DNA from: Folioceros fuciformis | Taxonomy: Eukaryota | Length of the DNA: 64,000 nucleotides | Direction of reading: 5' to 3' | NCBI GenBank assembly: GCA_049999805.1 | Contig: JBNGIO010006370.1 | Span: 311,212-375,211, forward strand | In this document: piece by piece, positions 10,829-22,795 of the stretch | Position numbering within the stretch: the first letter of the stretch is position 1 | Layout: every line of letters begins with the position of its first letter | Made by a program: the position numbers and the translations under genes | Notes under the pieces: model-generated | Databases searched by the model: none | Told to the model about the DNA's origin: nothing | What the model saw: only the letters and a program-made list of their open reading frames with translations

Positions 10829-11261
10829 TCACAGGGTAGGCAGCCTCTCAAATCCAGCGGCAACAGGCTCCGTCCATGTGGACATCTCAATGGCGCTCAC
10901 CCTGGCTGCCGCAGACCCCGTCTTGCATTTCTCTAGCATGGTGTCCACCGAGTCTTTGTGCCCCGAGAACACTGCTTCCACTGACCCGTCTTTCCGATTC
11001 CGAACCCAGCCGTTTAATCCTAGCTTCAGCGCATTTTGCAGCGTCCATTTCCTGTAGTATACACCCTGCACCTTACCCTTGATCCTGGCGCTCACCTGCG
11101 ATTTGCACTCGAAACTCTTACAAGGCCTTCTGCCGAAGAGAGCGCTTGCAGAAATTAGTCGAAGGTATGACAGTCTTCATTACCGTCTTGGGCGTGCTGC
11201 CCGTGTCCTTTGCTCTTGTCGATGGAGCCTCTTGCTGCGTGGTGTCGGGCACCCGAGACAT
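10829..11261 (-). CDS. Acylphosphatase, 2 exons (11261-11184, 11095-10829)
   Basis: ...PKT|VSARIKGKVQGVYYRKW...LGLNGWVRNRKDGSVEAVFSG acylphosphatase signature. GT-AG intron in phase 0. Confidence 0.92.
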
Positions 11262-11383
11262 CGTTCTGGGTCTTTCCGCGAAGCTTCGGACTGACTCTCT
11301 AACAATTTTTTGTGTGGCAGTTAGATATGTAAATCGTCGCTACGTTCGTTTTGTCTCACACGATACTACCTACGTATGTAGTT

Positions 11384-14300
11384 CTACTCATGCTGTGCTG
11401 AGGCCATTGTGTAGATTTTGCGGCCCCCAGAGCCTTCGAGATAAGCTATTACACGCTCGGCCGCCTTGTAGCCTGAAACCAGAGCCTTACCAGCTGCTAA
11501 CCCACCCCGCATGTTACCTGCGGCAGGGAACGAGAAACTCTGGTAACCAAGTTCTGTAGGCTGCCTGTTCATAACTGATGAACACAAGACCGATTGATTA
11601 CCTGCAAAATGGACTCCGGGCAGATCAGCCTCCACCTTCTCCAATGCCTTCACCACCGAGTCGTAGCCAATGCTGTACTCCGGAAATGCTTTCTCCCAGT
11701 AGAAGTGCCTGAAAGATGAAAACTGGGAATGACTCTCCTGAAACAGTGCAGTCCACCTCTTTAGGGTCACAGCTTCTCACCTCACTGACACGGGTTGAGC
11801 AGCAACTCCCAAGAGCCGTGAGAGATCTTTCACCACCACCTCCTGCAACTCCTCGCTGCCAGCCCATTACATTGTTGTAAGATCTGGAGGAGGATGACCC
11901 TGACGAACTAGTATTCTTCTTTGTCCATCACAGAGTGTGCATTGTGACATATCTTGCAATCAATCAATCATGTGGCTGGCACCTAGGGAGTACTTACACT
12001 GGACGTGCTGGTAATGTCCTGTTGCGGCTGCCGCCGATGAAGGTTGTCAATACTACCTGATCTGGAGGTGCACGGTCTGGAAACATGGACGATGAAAACA
12101 GTGTGCCTGCAAAACAGCAACGAGCATGAAGCTCCTATGAACCAAATCCACAGGCCAAGTCTACAGCCGAAGTTGGAGTTGGTCGTCGAATGCACTTGCC
12201 TAAGGTTTGGAAGTTGTTTGCTTGCTCCTTCGATGGCACCAGCACACCAAACCCATCTAGAGGACGTGTGACATCTTCTTTCCGGAAAGCAGTGACCAGA
12301 ACGGACACAGGCTGATACAACACCTGCAGGAAAATACAAGAAACAAGGTCAGGACGCTGGCATGAACATGCACGTACGGGAGGTCCATATCTTGGCACCG
12401 AGAATCAGCACCTCCGGAATGAAGTCTGTTTGATACGGCTTGCCACCAACGCTGATCTGGATGTCCTTGAAATTATGCAGTGGTGTCTGTGATGGACCAC
12501 ACACAGCCACAGAAATGAGAGCCTCCAAGGTGTAAGGAGACAACACAGGTGATCAGGTGTGGAAGAAGAATGGAACATATGCACCATCTTAAGCTCGACT
12601 CACTGTCAAGATCACAGCGTCAAACTGTTGATCCTGTTGCTTTGGGTCCTTGGCGAATGAGAGCTTCCAGCTGTCACGGGCTGGGTTTCCCTGCTGGTCA
12701 CCAGCTATGGCAACAAGCGGTGCATCCAGCTGAAGAGAATTTCGTCCGATCTTGTCAACAAGAGCATTTGCCAGAGTCTGCCACGAACAGAACACAAAAG
12801 TCGTCGGACGAAAGGGAGGCAGAGTGGAGAATGTGCTGTTGAAGAAGACTGAGCCTGAGAGTGAGAATGAGTGAGCACCTGTAGACCTCCTACAAAGGAA
12901 AAGGAGCCCCGTCCAAGTCTCTTGGCCGAGCTTGATATGATCACACTTTCATCCCAGCATTGCTCAGGCACAGTCTCCTTGCCAGCAGCTCTTCGCTTCT
13001 GCAAAGCTGATTTCACAGCTCCCACAATGATGGAACCAAACCTAGTCACGCACAATACAAGGACAAGTGAGGCCCTCAAACTCGTCCGAGTCGTGCGTCA
13101 GAGTTCCACAGCTCGTGCTCTTACTTTTCCTCCAACATCACAATGTCTGGGAAAGTGTGGCGCATCTGCACACAGTTTCTAGTACAGCTTCGTGTATGCT
13201 TTCAGAATCTTCAAGCATCTCTGACAATGTCTCTGGACAAGTGCATCCATCAGATGAAAACGAAGGACTGAACTTACAGATATTCTGTCTGGATCTGCTG
13301 CAGAGGTGCCGGCAACAAAAGGATTCACCAGATAGTCCACCACCTGACCACGCACTTGTTAACCACCTTGTGCAGAAGACCCATGGAATCAGTGCTGCTT
13401 CAACATTTCTCACCTCACTACCAAAATGCCGTGCCATAAACTGTCCAACGCTGCATCACATTCGACAGTGCCTTTTGAGAGAGCAGTGCACCTTCCTATA
13501 GCACATGAAAAACGACTACCTTCGCCATAATATAGGTCATGCAGCAGCCGACCTCTCATCACCCAGCTCTTGGGGCTCGTCTTGCACATTCTTTTGCCGC
13601 TTCCAGAAGAAGGGCTCAAGAACAATGTTCAACTGCTCTCGAAGGAAAATCACAAACACGAACATAATAAGACTGTGCAGCACATGACAGAGATGCTCAA
13701 CCGATGTCACATGAAGGTGGATAAAATTTACAGCAAACAAACCTTGGCCTTTGTCGAAAGGAGTTTTGAGGCCACCAGAGAAAGAGGACTTGAAGGAAGC
13801 TGCAATAAAAAAATGACAGGATCGTCTTGAAGAGAGACGCATCCCATGTTCTACGACAACAGATGGAAGAAATGGACAGGACAATACCATGTGAGGCTTG
13901 CCATCTCGGACGATGTAACGTTTGTGCTGTGACACAGGCTGCATACCACAGGTAGAAGGTAAGCTTGTGGACAAAATGTACGAGACCCAACTCATGGTCC
14001 GGTGAGAAGCTCACAAACTGTTGTTTCAGTCGCAACTGCAATTCATCGATCAATCTGCCAATGAGAGGATCTGTCTCAGCCTGCAAGGCGCCATGTCGGG
14101 AAGTAAAAACCTTACACTCCGACAGAGCCAGAAAACGGAAAAGTCCGACAAGATATCAGCACCATAGTGTTGGGGCCATTCTCCCAGATGATCCCATCCT
14201 GGGAAACACTGTTGACCTTCCCTCCAACCACCTCACTAGCTTCGAACACTCTGACGGCAACCCCCTTAGCTCGCAAGCGGTAGGCTGCAGCGAGGCCACT

Positions 14301-14575
14301 ACAGAGAGGATAGCAAGCCGATTATGCTCAGTACACAACACAAACTTGCAAACCCAAGACTAGCACCAGCTTCATGAGGAGCCACACCTGAATCCAGCCC
14401 CAACAACCGCAACAGAGCCAAGGACGGGACCTGCAGCGAACTATGAATTTACGTGAGGACCTGATGCATGCACCAAGTCGGAGTTGAGGCAAAGTCCCAC
14501 AGGGCACACGCACGCAGCTCACTTGCCTTGGGTTGGAGTCAGAAGTCTACTGCTCTCAGAGGAAGGATTCGCCAT
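11384..14575 (-). CDS. PPO2: Protoporphyrinogen oxidase 2 (HemY-type), multi-exon
   Basis: Exons read [17 protein letters not shown]...[79 protein letters not shown]. Confidence 0.93.
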
Positions 14576-14747
14576 AGCCCCGCGCCTGTGTCTTCCAGAT
14601 ATGGGGATTCACTCTAACTCGTCGCTCATTTCAGAGTAAGCTGCAACTTGTTGCTCTGCGATAGCTTCACTATGCGGGCTGGGTGTGGACATCTCGACTC
14701 CAGCCCCGGATGGTCCGCTTTCCTCAGACTGCCAGCAAACCCACTTC

Positions 14748-17746
14748 ATGGGGCCTGGACCTGGAGCAATCGATGCAGCACCGACCTTTGCTGGCCAGTC
14801 GGCCTTCTTGGACACTCACAAGCTGGGGAGCAGGAACTTTGCCGGTGAGTGGTGCCCCTCCTATGTCCTGAAGGCAGGAGCTGAGATAGGATTGAATGTT
14901 GTGGTTGTTGTTACTGGCACACGCTCGTGATGCTACTGCATTCTTGTTCCACCTTTCAAGCTTTCAGACAATGACAAGCAGCTGCATTGAAGTGACAATG
15001 TTGCCAACGAGTGCTGCACAGCTTTCCATGTGCAGTTGTTGGACGGACAGGGGAGCAGGAAGTGTTGAACAGGGAGCAGCAAACATGGACGACGATGGGA
15101 GTTGGAAAGCATGGCCCTCGTCCCAGCTTTACACACGGTCGTGGAACAGGAAATCCTGGTGTGCACATAGAAAGGCTGTGCAAAGAGGGACGGGTGGAGA
15201 AGGCTGTGGATTTCCTGGAACTGCTGGACCAGCAGGGAAGCAGGCTCTCTGTGGAAATATATGGACATGTGTTGAAGGCATGCATGAAGAGGAAGGCCAC
15301 GGTGGAGGCCCAGAGAGTGCAGGCTCATATGGCCAAGACTGGATTCGAGTCTGACACGTTCCTGGGAAATCTGATGCTTCAGACGATGGTGAAGTGTGGG
15401 AGCCTTGCGGATGCCCTCCGCATATTTCACAGCCTGCCGCACAGAACAGCGTTTGCGTGGACAGCCATTATCTCTGCACTGAGCAAAGGCGGGCATGGCA
15501 GAGAGGCTCTCAGATTCTATCAACAAATGTGTGAGGAGGATGTCCCTCCCAATATCCACACTTTTCTCGGCCTACTCAAAGCTTGCAGCGGCTTAGCAGA
15601 CCTGGAAAAGGGGAAGGAGATCCATTCTGATCTCCGGAGGCATGGCTTTGGATCCGATCTTTTTCTAAGCACAGCTCTGGTTGACATGTATGCCAACTGC
15701 GGAAGCACCCAGGATGCATGGCTGGTGTTTGATGCTATGCCTGTCCGTGATGTGGTGTCGTGGAATGCTATGATCGCTGGTTATGTGGAGCTGGACGAAG
15801 GAGAGAAGGCGTTGCAGGTGTATGCTGCAATGCGGAAGCAGGGCCTTACTCCGAACGATCGAACGTTTGTCAGCATTCTGAAAGCATGCACCAGCCTTGC
15901 CAGTAGAGAAGATGGGCAACATGATATGGCAGAGTTGCTGCAGACAGGGAAGGCAATCCACGCCGAAGCAGTTCGTCGGGGCTATGGATCCGACATGTAT
16001 GTTGGCAGCAGTCTTGTCAGCATGTATGCCAAGTGTGGGAGCATTGCTGATGCAGAGCTTGTTTTCCACGCAGCTCACAATCTACCTAATAATGTGGCAA
16101 TGTGGAATGCAATTCTTGCAGGTTATGCGGACTTGTCACAAGGACAAAAGGCTCTTCAAGTATACAAGAGAATGCAGCAGGAGGGTGTCATTCCGAACGA
16201 TCGAACGTTTGTGAGTGTGCTTAAAGCTTGTGGCAGCATTGTTGGTGCTCGGGAGGAACACTTGAATGTGGAATGTGTGAATTCTGAGCGTATGAATTCA
16301 GATATGATGGAACTGGTGAGGAATGTGCATGTCCTGGTAGTCAGAAGAGGTTATTCATCTGATCCGTTTGTTGCCAACGCTCTGATTCATACTTACGCCA
16401 AGTGTGGGAGCATTGCGGATGCCAGGCATATCTTTGACGAGCTGGTTGTGCGAGATGTTGTTTCCTGGAACGCCATGCTGTCGGCTTATGCGGAGAGCGA
16501 GCAAGGAGAGATGGCCTTAGAGCTGTACGGTGCAATGCAAGGGGCAGGTGTGAGTGCAGATGCCCGGACCTTGGGGTGTGTGCTAAAATCCTTTGGCAGC
16601 CTTGCATCCAGAACAGCTAGCAGCGAAGAGCTGCTGGAGAAAGGAAGGGCCATACATGCCGAAGCAGCTCGGAAAGGATACGCGTCTCAGCCGCTCGTCG
16701 GAAGCAGCCTTGTGTGCATGTACGCCAGGTGCGGGAGCATGCGCGAAGCCAGAAGTGTCTTCGACGGGCTCAGCGAGCGCGATGTCGTGTCCTGGTGCGC
16801 GATCATGGCAGGCTACGCGAGGCAGGGAGAGGCCGAGGTTGCGCTGGAGCTTTACGTCAAGATGCAAGCGGAAGGGGTGAAGCCGGACGAGGGAGCTTTT
16901 TTATGCATCTTGGAAGCCTGCAGCAAGATCGGAGCTCTCAGCTTGTGCAGCGAGATCCATTCCGACCTCCTGGCCAGCGGGCATAGTCGGAGCCTTGCTG
17001 TGGCCACCGCCCTCACTCACGCGTATTGCAGCTGCGGGAGCATGGAGGAGGCTCGCCGCGTGTTCGACTCCATGTCGCGTCCCGACCGCTGCGCTTGGAC
17101 TGCGCTCATCTCCGGCTACGCTCGGCTGGGGGAGAGCGACACGGCAATGGGATGCTTCCAGAACATGTTTGATACGGGCGTTGCTCCGGACGGAGTCACC
17201 TTCGTTGCGCTCCTCTCTTCTTGTAGCCACGCTGGCCTGGTGCAGCGAGGAGTAGAGCTGTTCCGGTCCATGGCACGAGACCACGGTGTTGCGCCTGTGA
17301 TGCAGCACTACGCTTGCATGACGGATCTGCTCAGCCGCGCCGGCCTCTTCTCCCAGGCGGAGGCCTTCCTGTCAGAGATGCCGGAGCTCCCTGATTTCGC
17401 CGTATGGTCCTCCCTGCTTGCTTCTTGCCGAAAACACGGCAACCTGGATCTAGCGCGTCGCGCCTTCAACGCCGCAGTGCAGCTGGATCCCAAGCAGCCT
17501 TCAGTCTACATGCTCATGTCGAACATGTACGCTCATGCCGGCTTGTGGGAGTGCGCTCAGGAGATTCAAGAGCTGCGGCGGAAAGCAGGCGCGTGGAAGA
17601 GCCCTGGCCGGAGCTGGATCGAGTATCAGCACGAGATGACCTTCTTCGTCGCTTCAGACAAGCGACATCCTCGCAGCGCACAAATCTACGAGCTGCTGAA
17701 CCATCTCAACTCTCAACTCGCGGCATCGTCATATACGGTAGTGTAG
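14748..17746 (+). CDS. PLS-E+ PPR protein (truncated DYW with PG box; conventional C-to-U editing-type factor); probable short first exon ending 14844, main exon 15036-17746
   Basis: 911-codon ORF with PLS triplets, E1/E2, then KSPGRSWIE...DKRHP...GY-like end, and no HxE/CxxC. A phase-1 donor (G|gtgagt at 14844) matches the phase-1 acceptor (tgcag|15036). The start codon is uncertain. Confidence 0.88.
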
Positions 17747-18083
17747 TTCGTTCTTGGGTAACGAGTGGTTCATATTATGCACCGGCAGTGTCCTGTTTAC
17801 GCGGTTATTGTGAGACCCCCGTCGTCTTGAGGCGGAATCGAGCCTACTTTCCTACTCGAGGCCCTCTTTCCTATTCGTCCGATGGTGAGATCTGCAGGGT
17901 AGCCCTAGAGGATCAGTACTTCCATTGATTTTCTACCTCCTGCTCAAGACGCGTTTGTTGAGAAAAGCTCACTAGCGTAGAGGCTTTGAAAGTGTGAGGC
18001 TAGAGAAGAGTTTGGAAGTTTGGCACGGAGCGGGCCTTGCAAAACGGACGGACGGCGGGGAGACGGCTGCAGAGGCCGCAGCC

Positions 18084-18314
18084 ATGAAGATGGCCAGGGA
18101 TAGCTGCCTGGCTAGGGTGACGACGGGTGTAGCGGTGGGAGGTGCTGTAGGCGGGGCCATCGGGGCAGTGTATGGCACCTACGAGGCCTTCCGCTACCGC
18201 GTGCCGGGCTTGCTCAAGGTGCGCTACATCGGGCAGACCACGCTCTCGAGCGCGGCCGTGTTCGGCCTCTTCCTGGGGGCCGGCTCTTTGATTCATTGCG
18301 GCAGGTCCTACTGA
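18084..18314 (+). CDS. ROMO1/MGR2 family mitochondrial inner-membrane (TIM23-associated) protein
   Basis: MARDSCLARVTTGVAVGGAVGGAIGAVYGTYEAFRYRVPGLLKVRYIGQTTLSSAAVFGLFLGAGSLIHCG. Confidence 0.9.
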   Translation: MKMARDSCLARVTTGVAVGGAVGGAIGAVYGTYEAFRYRVPGLLKVRYIGQTTLSSAAVFGLFLGAGSLIHCGRSY

Positions 18315-18843
18315 CGATGGCGGCGGAGTGCGGAGAGGGGATGGGAGGGGGAGAGCGAGAGGCAGAGGGGATTGTGGCCAGGATGCAGAGGCAGGAAGAA
18401 GAAGGCGATGCTTAGGCTGCCTGATTCGTGGTTTGATGGAGAGCGATGGGGACGTCAATCCATCGCCGATGTTCTCTTTTGAGCAAGACTTGGCGTTGGG
18501 GATCCGGGGCGGCCGGCTTCGAACAGTATGTTGCTGTTAGAGTAGGTCGAAACTTGTTAGCAATCAGCCAGTCAGCCGACTAGCAGGGTTTGCTGATTCT
18601 CGCTTGCAATCTGCTGCACTGTCGGCGTGTCACTGGCCACTCATGTGCAACATAGCTGTGCTCAGCAGAAAGGGCGAGCTGCAGCTGTTATGGGCATTCT
18701 CTCTGTCTGTATGCGCTTTACTTATGTTCATTATTCTGATGTGGAAAACTTACATGCAACCAAGAGAGCTTGCTCGATGCTGCTCTCGCTAATGTGTAAC
18801 TACTTGTGGTCCGAGCTAACCTGTGTTTCAGAGTTCAAGGGGG

Positions 18844-19947
18844 CTAGCTCTTCGATTGAGGGTGCGGGTATGTTTCTAAAAGGGCGAACAGTGGATCATC
18901 TATGCTGAAGCCGAGCATCCGCATCATGTCATTGACTTTGACAGCTGGTTTACCAACTTCCCTGGCTTTCAACCATTGGAATACGATGAAGAGCTTGTTC
19001 ATGGCGAAGAGCTCCAGAGCTTCAGGATTGAACACCAGGCCCATCCTCTTGCTCATCTGCACAAACAGCCGGGATGAAGTCCCATGCCCTTATTGCAACC
19101 ACACTTCAGAGACGAAGTCGCGCAACAGACGAGATCTTCACCTGGTGAGGAACGAGCATGGCTGCGTATCGGGCGAGCTCACCCCCGCGCCAGTCCAACA
19201 CTACTGGTAACCAAGGATATGCAGCATCCAGACGCACAAACCAGAGTCTTATATCCGGCATCTCTGAGAGCTCCCTTGGATCAAACTGGTTGTCTCTCTC
19301 GTACTGCAGAATGAAACCAACAGTCCTCTGAAGCAGCTCCTTGGGATCTTGTGCTGGAGCTGTGGTGTTGTCCCCTGCAATAGCAATCAGCAACGATCAC
19401 TGTCAAAAAAATCGCTGAAGGGAGACAGCGTTTTCGCGAATGTGGCGAGCGCTCAGAGGCTGACCTATTTGATGAATGTATTCTCGCAAGACTGCATGAG
19501 CAGCCGACAGGTCCAGATTCCGAATCGCTTCCTTGGTCACTACGATGTCGATGCGACCCTCAGAGGGTGGCGGCGGTGCAGGAATGTTTGGGCTAACTGC
19601 ACATGCCACAGCGATGAGGATGTGAAAGACACGATGGTTGCCAGTGAGACATGGACAACAACAACAAGGTATACAGACAGACCTTCCTCATCTTCCAAGG
19701 GGAAATCTACAGTCCCCATGGGATCGAACACGGCAACAGCAAACCTCCCCCTCCTCCTCCTGCCTAGTGAATGAACCCTGGCTGCACTGGAACACGACGC
19801 CAACGATCCACAGGTGCATCTGGAGACGGCGTTGGAGGAGGAAGATGGAAGTGTGAGCATTGCCAACTCGCCTGCCGTAGTTGCAGCATCGGATAATAAG
19901 ACCGGAGACGGGGACCACCAGGTGCACAACGCCATGGACCTGGCCAT
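18844..19947 (-). CDS. CRR6: CHLORORESPIRATORY REDUCTION 6 (NDH assembly factor), multi-exon
   Basis: Transit peptide, then DPKELLQRTVGF...DPRELSEMPDIRLWFVRLDAAYPWLPVVLDWRGGELARYAAMLVPHQ|MSKRMGLVFNPEALELF. Confidence 0.92.
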
Positions 19948-20054
19948 TTCCGGTCCCCCGTCTTCTTTCTCGTTAGTCTAGGTTACAGCCAAACTTGTGG
20001 CGTAGACTTCATCTTTCCCGCCACACAAACAGCCCATTCCATCGCTTTGCCGAA

Positions 20055-21406
20055 ATGGACATGACTTTGGCTGGTTGGGAGCAACAGCATCCGCAAGCGG
20101 CTCGCTTGTTGGATGCTCTCCAGAGCAGCTTGCACTTGGCCTTGCACACTTATCTTTCATCGTGTACACTCAAGGTATGGTCTCAGCCCTCTGTCAGTGT
20201 TTTTCCCCTTCTTGCTACCCCGACTAGGCAGTGACCGACGGCATGGCGTGGGGCGAGCAGGAATTTGACCACATTTTCGCGCATTTCAGCAAAGCACAGA
20301 GAAGGCGGCTGTGGAACTTGTACACGCAGGTAATGAACGCGTTTGCCCTTGCGCTTGCGCTTGCTCTTGCTCTTGCTCTTGCTCTTGCGCTTCTGCTCCT
20401 TTCTTTCCCGGACGTTGAGGTTCCCATGTGGTTTGTTATCCAACATTCTTATGGCCTGGGTAGGTAGTTGCAGCAATCGACGACAACTGTCGGGTGAGCA
20501 CTTCTGGAAACACAGAATCCCCTTTCAAACAATGGTACAATCCCCTCCCAAACAAGGGTACACATTGTGGAATGCAGACTGAACATTGCTTATCTGCTTT
20601 GCTTGCTGCAGAAACAGCTGTGGAACACTATCCGAGAACGTCAAGTATTTTTCTCAAGCTCCTACCATGCAAAACCATTTTTGCCCTGCCCGGCGAATGT
20701 CGTGCCAGACAATGCATTTCTTGAGAGGCAAATGACCTTGGCCGGGTAATGCAACTGGGTGCATCAGGTAGCGGAATTTCTTGTGTATCGAGGAGAGGTG
20801 GAACGTATTGGCGGTGGGCACGATGTAACTGTGTGAGATGAACTCAAAACCTTCACTGATGAGCTCCCGTTCACATTTAAAACACAAGCTGTGTGTGAAT
20901 TCATCACAAATCATCTCCCTTGTAGGTCAGATGGGCACGATAAGCTCCAAGCTGCACAGCAGGAGCGGCTTGAAGACTTGACTAACAAGGTGAAACTCGT
21001 CAAGGAAAGGGCCCTTAAAGTAAGTCATCACCTAGCTATCTTTCTTGGTCATCATCCTCCTAACCTGTGCCACGGCTCAGCGAAAAAGTGTGTTCACAGC
21101 TGCAGGCTGAGAATGATTTAGCCACAGCGCTGCTGGAAATTCGTCGAGAAGAAATCCGGAAGCTTAACGAAGATGTACTTCATAAATTTGAAGCCCAGAT
21201 TGAAATCGGGGTAAGCAGACCAGGTCACCCCTCTCCCATCTGTATCCTCCAACAGCCACTTAACCTTGTCCTGCTTTGTGCCATTGTCCCAGGCGGACGA
21301 GGTGGGTGCACTGAACAAGGCGTATGAATCCATAGCAAATTACTTGACCGTGTCAAAAGCATCCCCTCCTGTAATGGAGTCATATGCCTTGAAATCAAGT
21401 CCTTAA
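20055..21406 (+). CDS. NNF1: Kinetochore MIS12-complex subunit NNF1/PMF1-like, multi-exon
   Basis: Spliced reading LQSSLHLALHTYLSSCTLK|EFDHIFAHFSKAQRRRLWNLYTQ|VVAAIDDNCR|KQLWNTIRERQ, followed by coiled-coil exons. It resembles the plant NNF1 N-terminus as I recall it. Middle exon boundaries are uncertain. Confidence 0.65.
20347..20397 (+). repeat. (CTTGCT/CTTGCG)n hexanucleotide microsatellite in an intron
   Basis: cttgcgcttgcgcttgctcttgctcttgctcttgctcttgcgctt. Confidence 0.9.
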
Positions 21407-22096
21407 CCGATCGTGGCTTAACCTATTTATCGCCGTTCACTGCCTACTAATGTTCGCAAAGGACCTTCCTAATGGGTCCAACATTCATCTTCAATGCTAG
21501 TGTTCGGCAGCATTTTAACTTTACTTCAATAGCTTAGCCGTGTCCTTGTATTTACGCTTTCATGCATTTGTTTCTGGGAAGGACCACATCTGTCCTGAGG
21601 GCTCGATGAATGCTTCCTATTTTAGTGAAATTTGTATTTTGCATTTACAGGGATTCACAAAAGTTGCCGCTGACGGCCGCAAGTTGCGAAATGAGCGTCA
21701 GCGCTGATGTCCGAGGTCCACATAGCTAGGGGTCGAACCGCAGACCTCAAATGGACTGTACTTGGAAAAACCAAACAAAGGTGGCGTACAGAAGGCTCCG
21801 CACAAATAAATGCCAATAGATCGCAATCCGCCGTACAAACACACTGTGCAACAAGGGTTTCGACGTCTGTATACCCCTAAGATCCCCTCAAGCAATGTGA
21901 AGCCAAAGGCCTTCAACAAACTGATGGGAGAATCTACGAAGACAACGTGGGCAGGCAGATTAGCTTGCGGAAACAAGAAACTGGTGGAGGCCCGGCCTCA
22001 TCTTAAGAGTATCGTCCAGCTGGGGGGAGCAGATAGAGAGCTACTACACCTAGCTACAGAGAAAGGGTGTTTCAGGCAGGCGTAAGCTGCAACGCA

Positions 22097-22795
22097 TCAC
22101 TTCGCCATCATCATCTTCACAAACTCCTCGTAATTGATTTGTCCGTCTCCGTCGACATCCGCCTCACGGATCATCTCATCCACTTCATCGTCGGTAAGCT
22201 TCTCACCTAAATTAGTCATCACATGCCTGAGCTCAACTGCAGATATGAAGCCATTTTGATCTTTATCAAAGACACGGAATGCTTCCTTCAACTCCTCCTC
22301 TGAATCGGTATCCTTCAGTTTCCTGGCCATAAGATTCAGAAACTCCGCAAAGTCGATCGTGCCGTTCCCATCGGCATCGACATCATTTATCATGTCCTGC
22401 AACTCAGCTTCGGTCGGATTCTGGCCAAGGGACCTCATCACCGTACCGAGCTCTTTTGTCGTGATGCTTCCTGCGGACAAAACCCACGCAAACCGCAAAG
22501 TAAACACAAGATGATGTTCGAAACACGACGTGACAAAAGGTCGCTCACGCTACAGATCTCCGTCACACAGGTTGGAGTTTCCATGTGCGCTGAAGATCCG
22601 GAAGCCGAACTGAACACCCGGACCCCCCTTGAAACAAGAATCACCAGCGACAGAAAAGAACGACAGCAGACGCACGACAGAAAAGAAGAGCAGAAGGCAA
22701 GAAGTCAAGCAAGTACCATCTCCATCCTTGTCGAAAAGGCTGAAGGCCTCCTTGAACTCTGCGATCTGCTCTTCCGTGAGCTGCTCTACGGACAT
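22097..22795 (-). CDS. CAM: Calmodulin, 2 exons (22795-22717, 22470-22097)
   Basis: [50 protein letters not shown]...[11 protein letters not shown]; four EF hands; phase-1 intron at the usual plant position. Confidence 0.98.
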
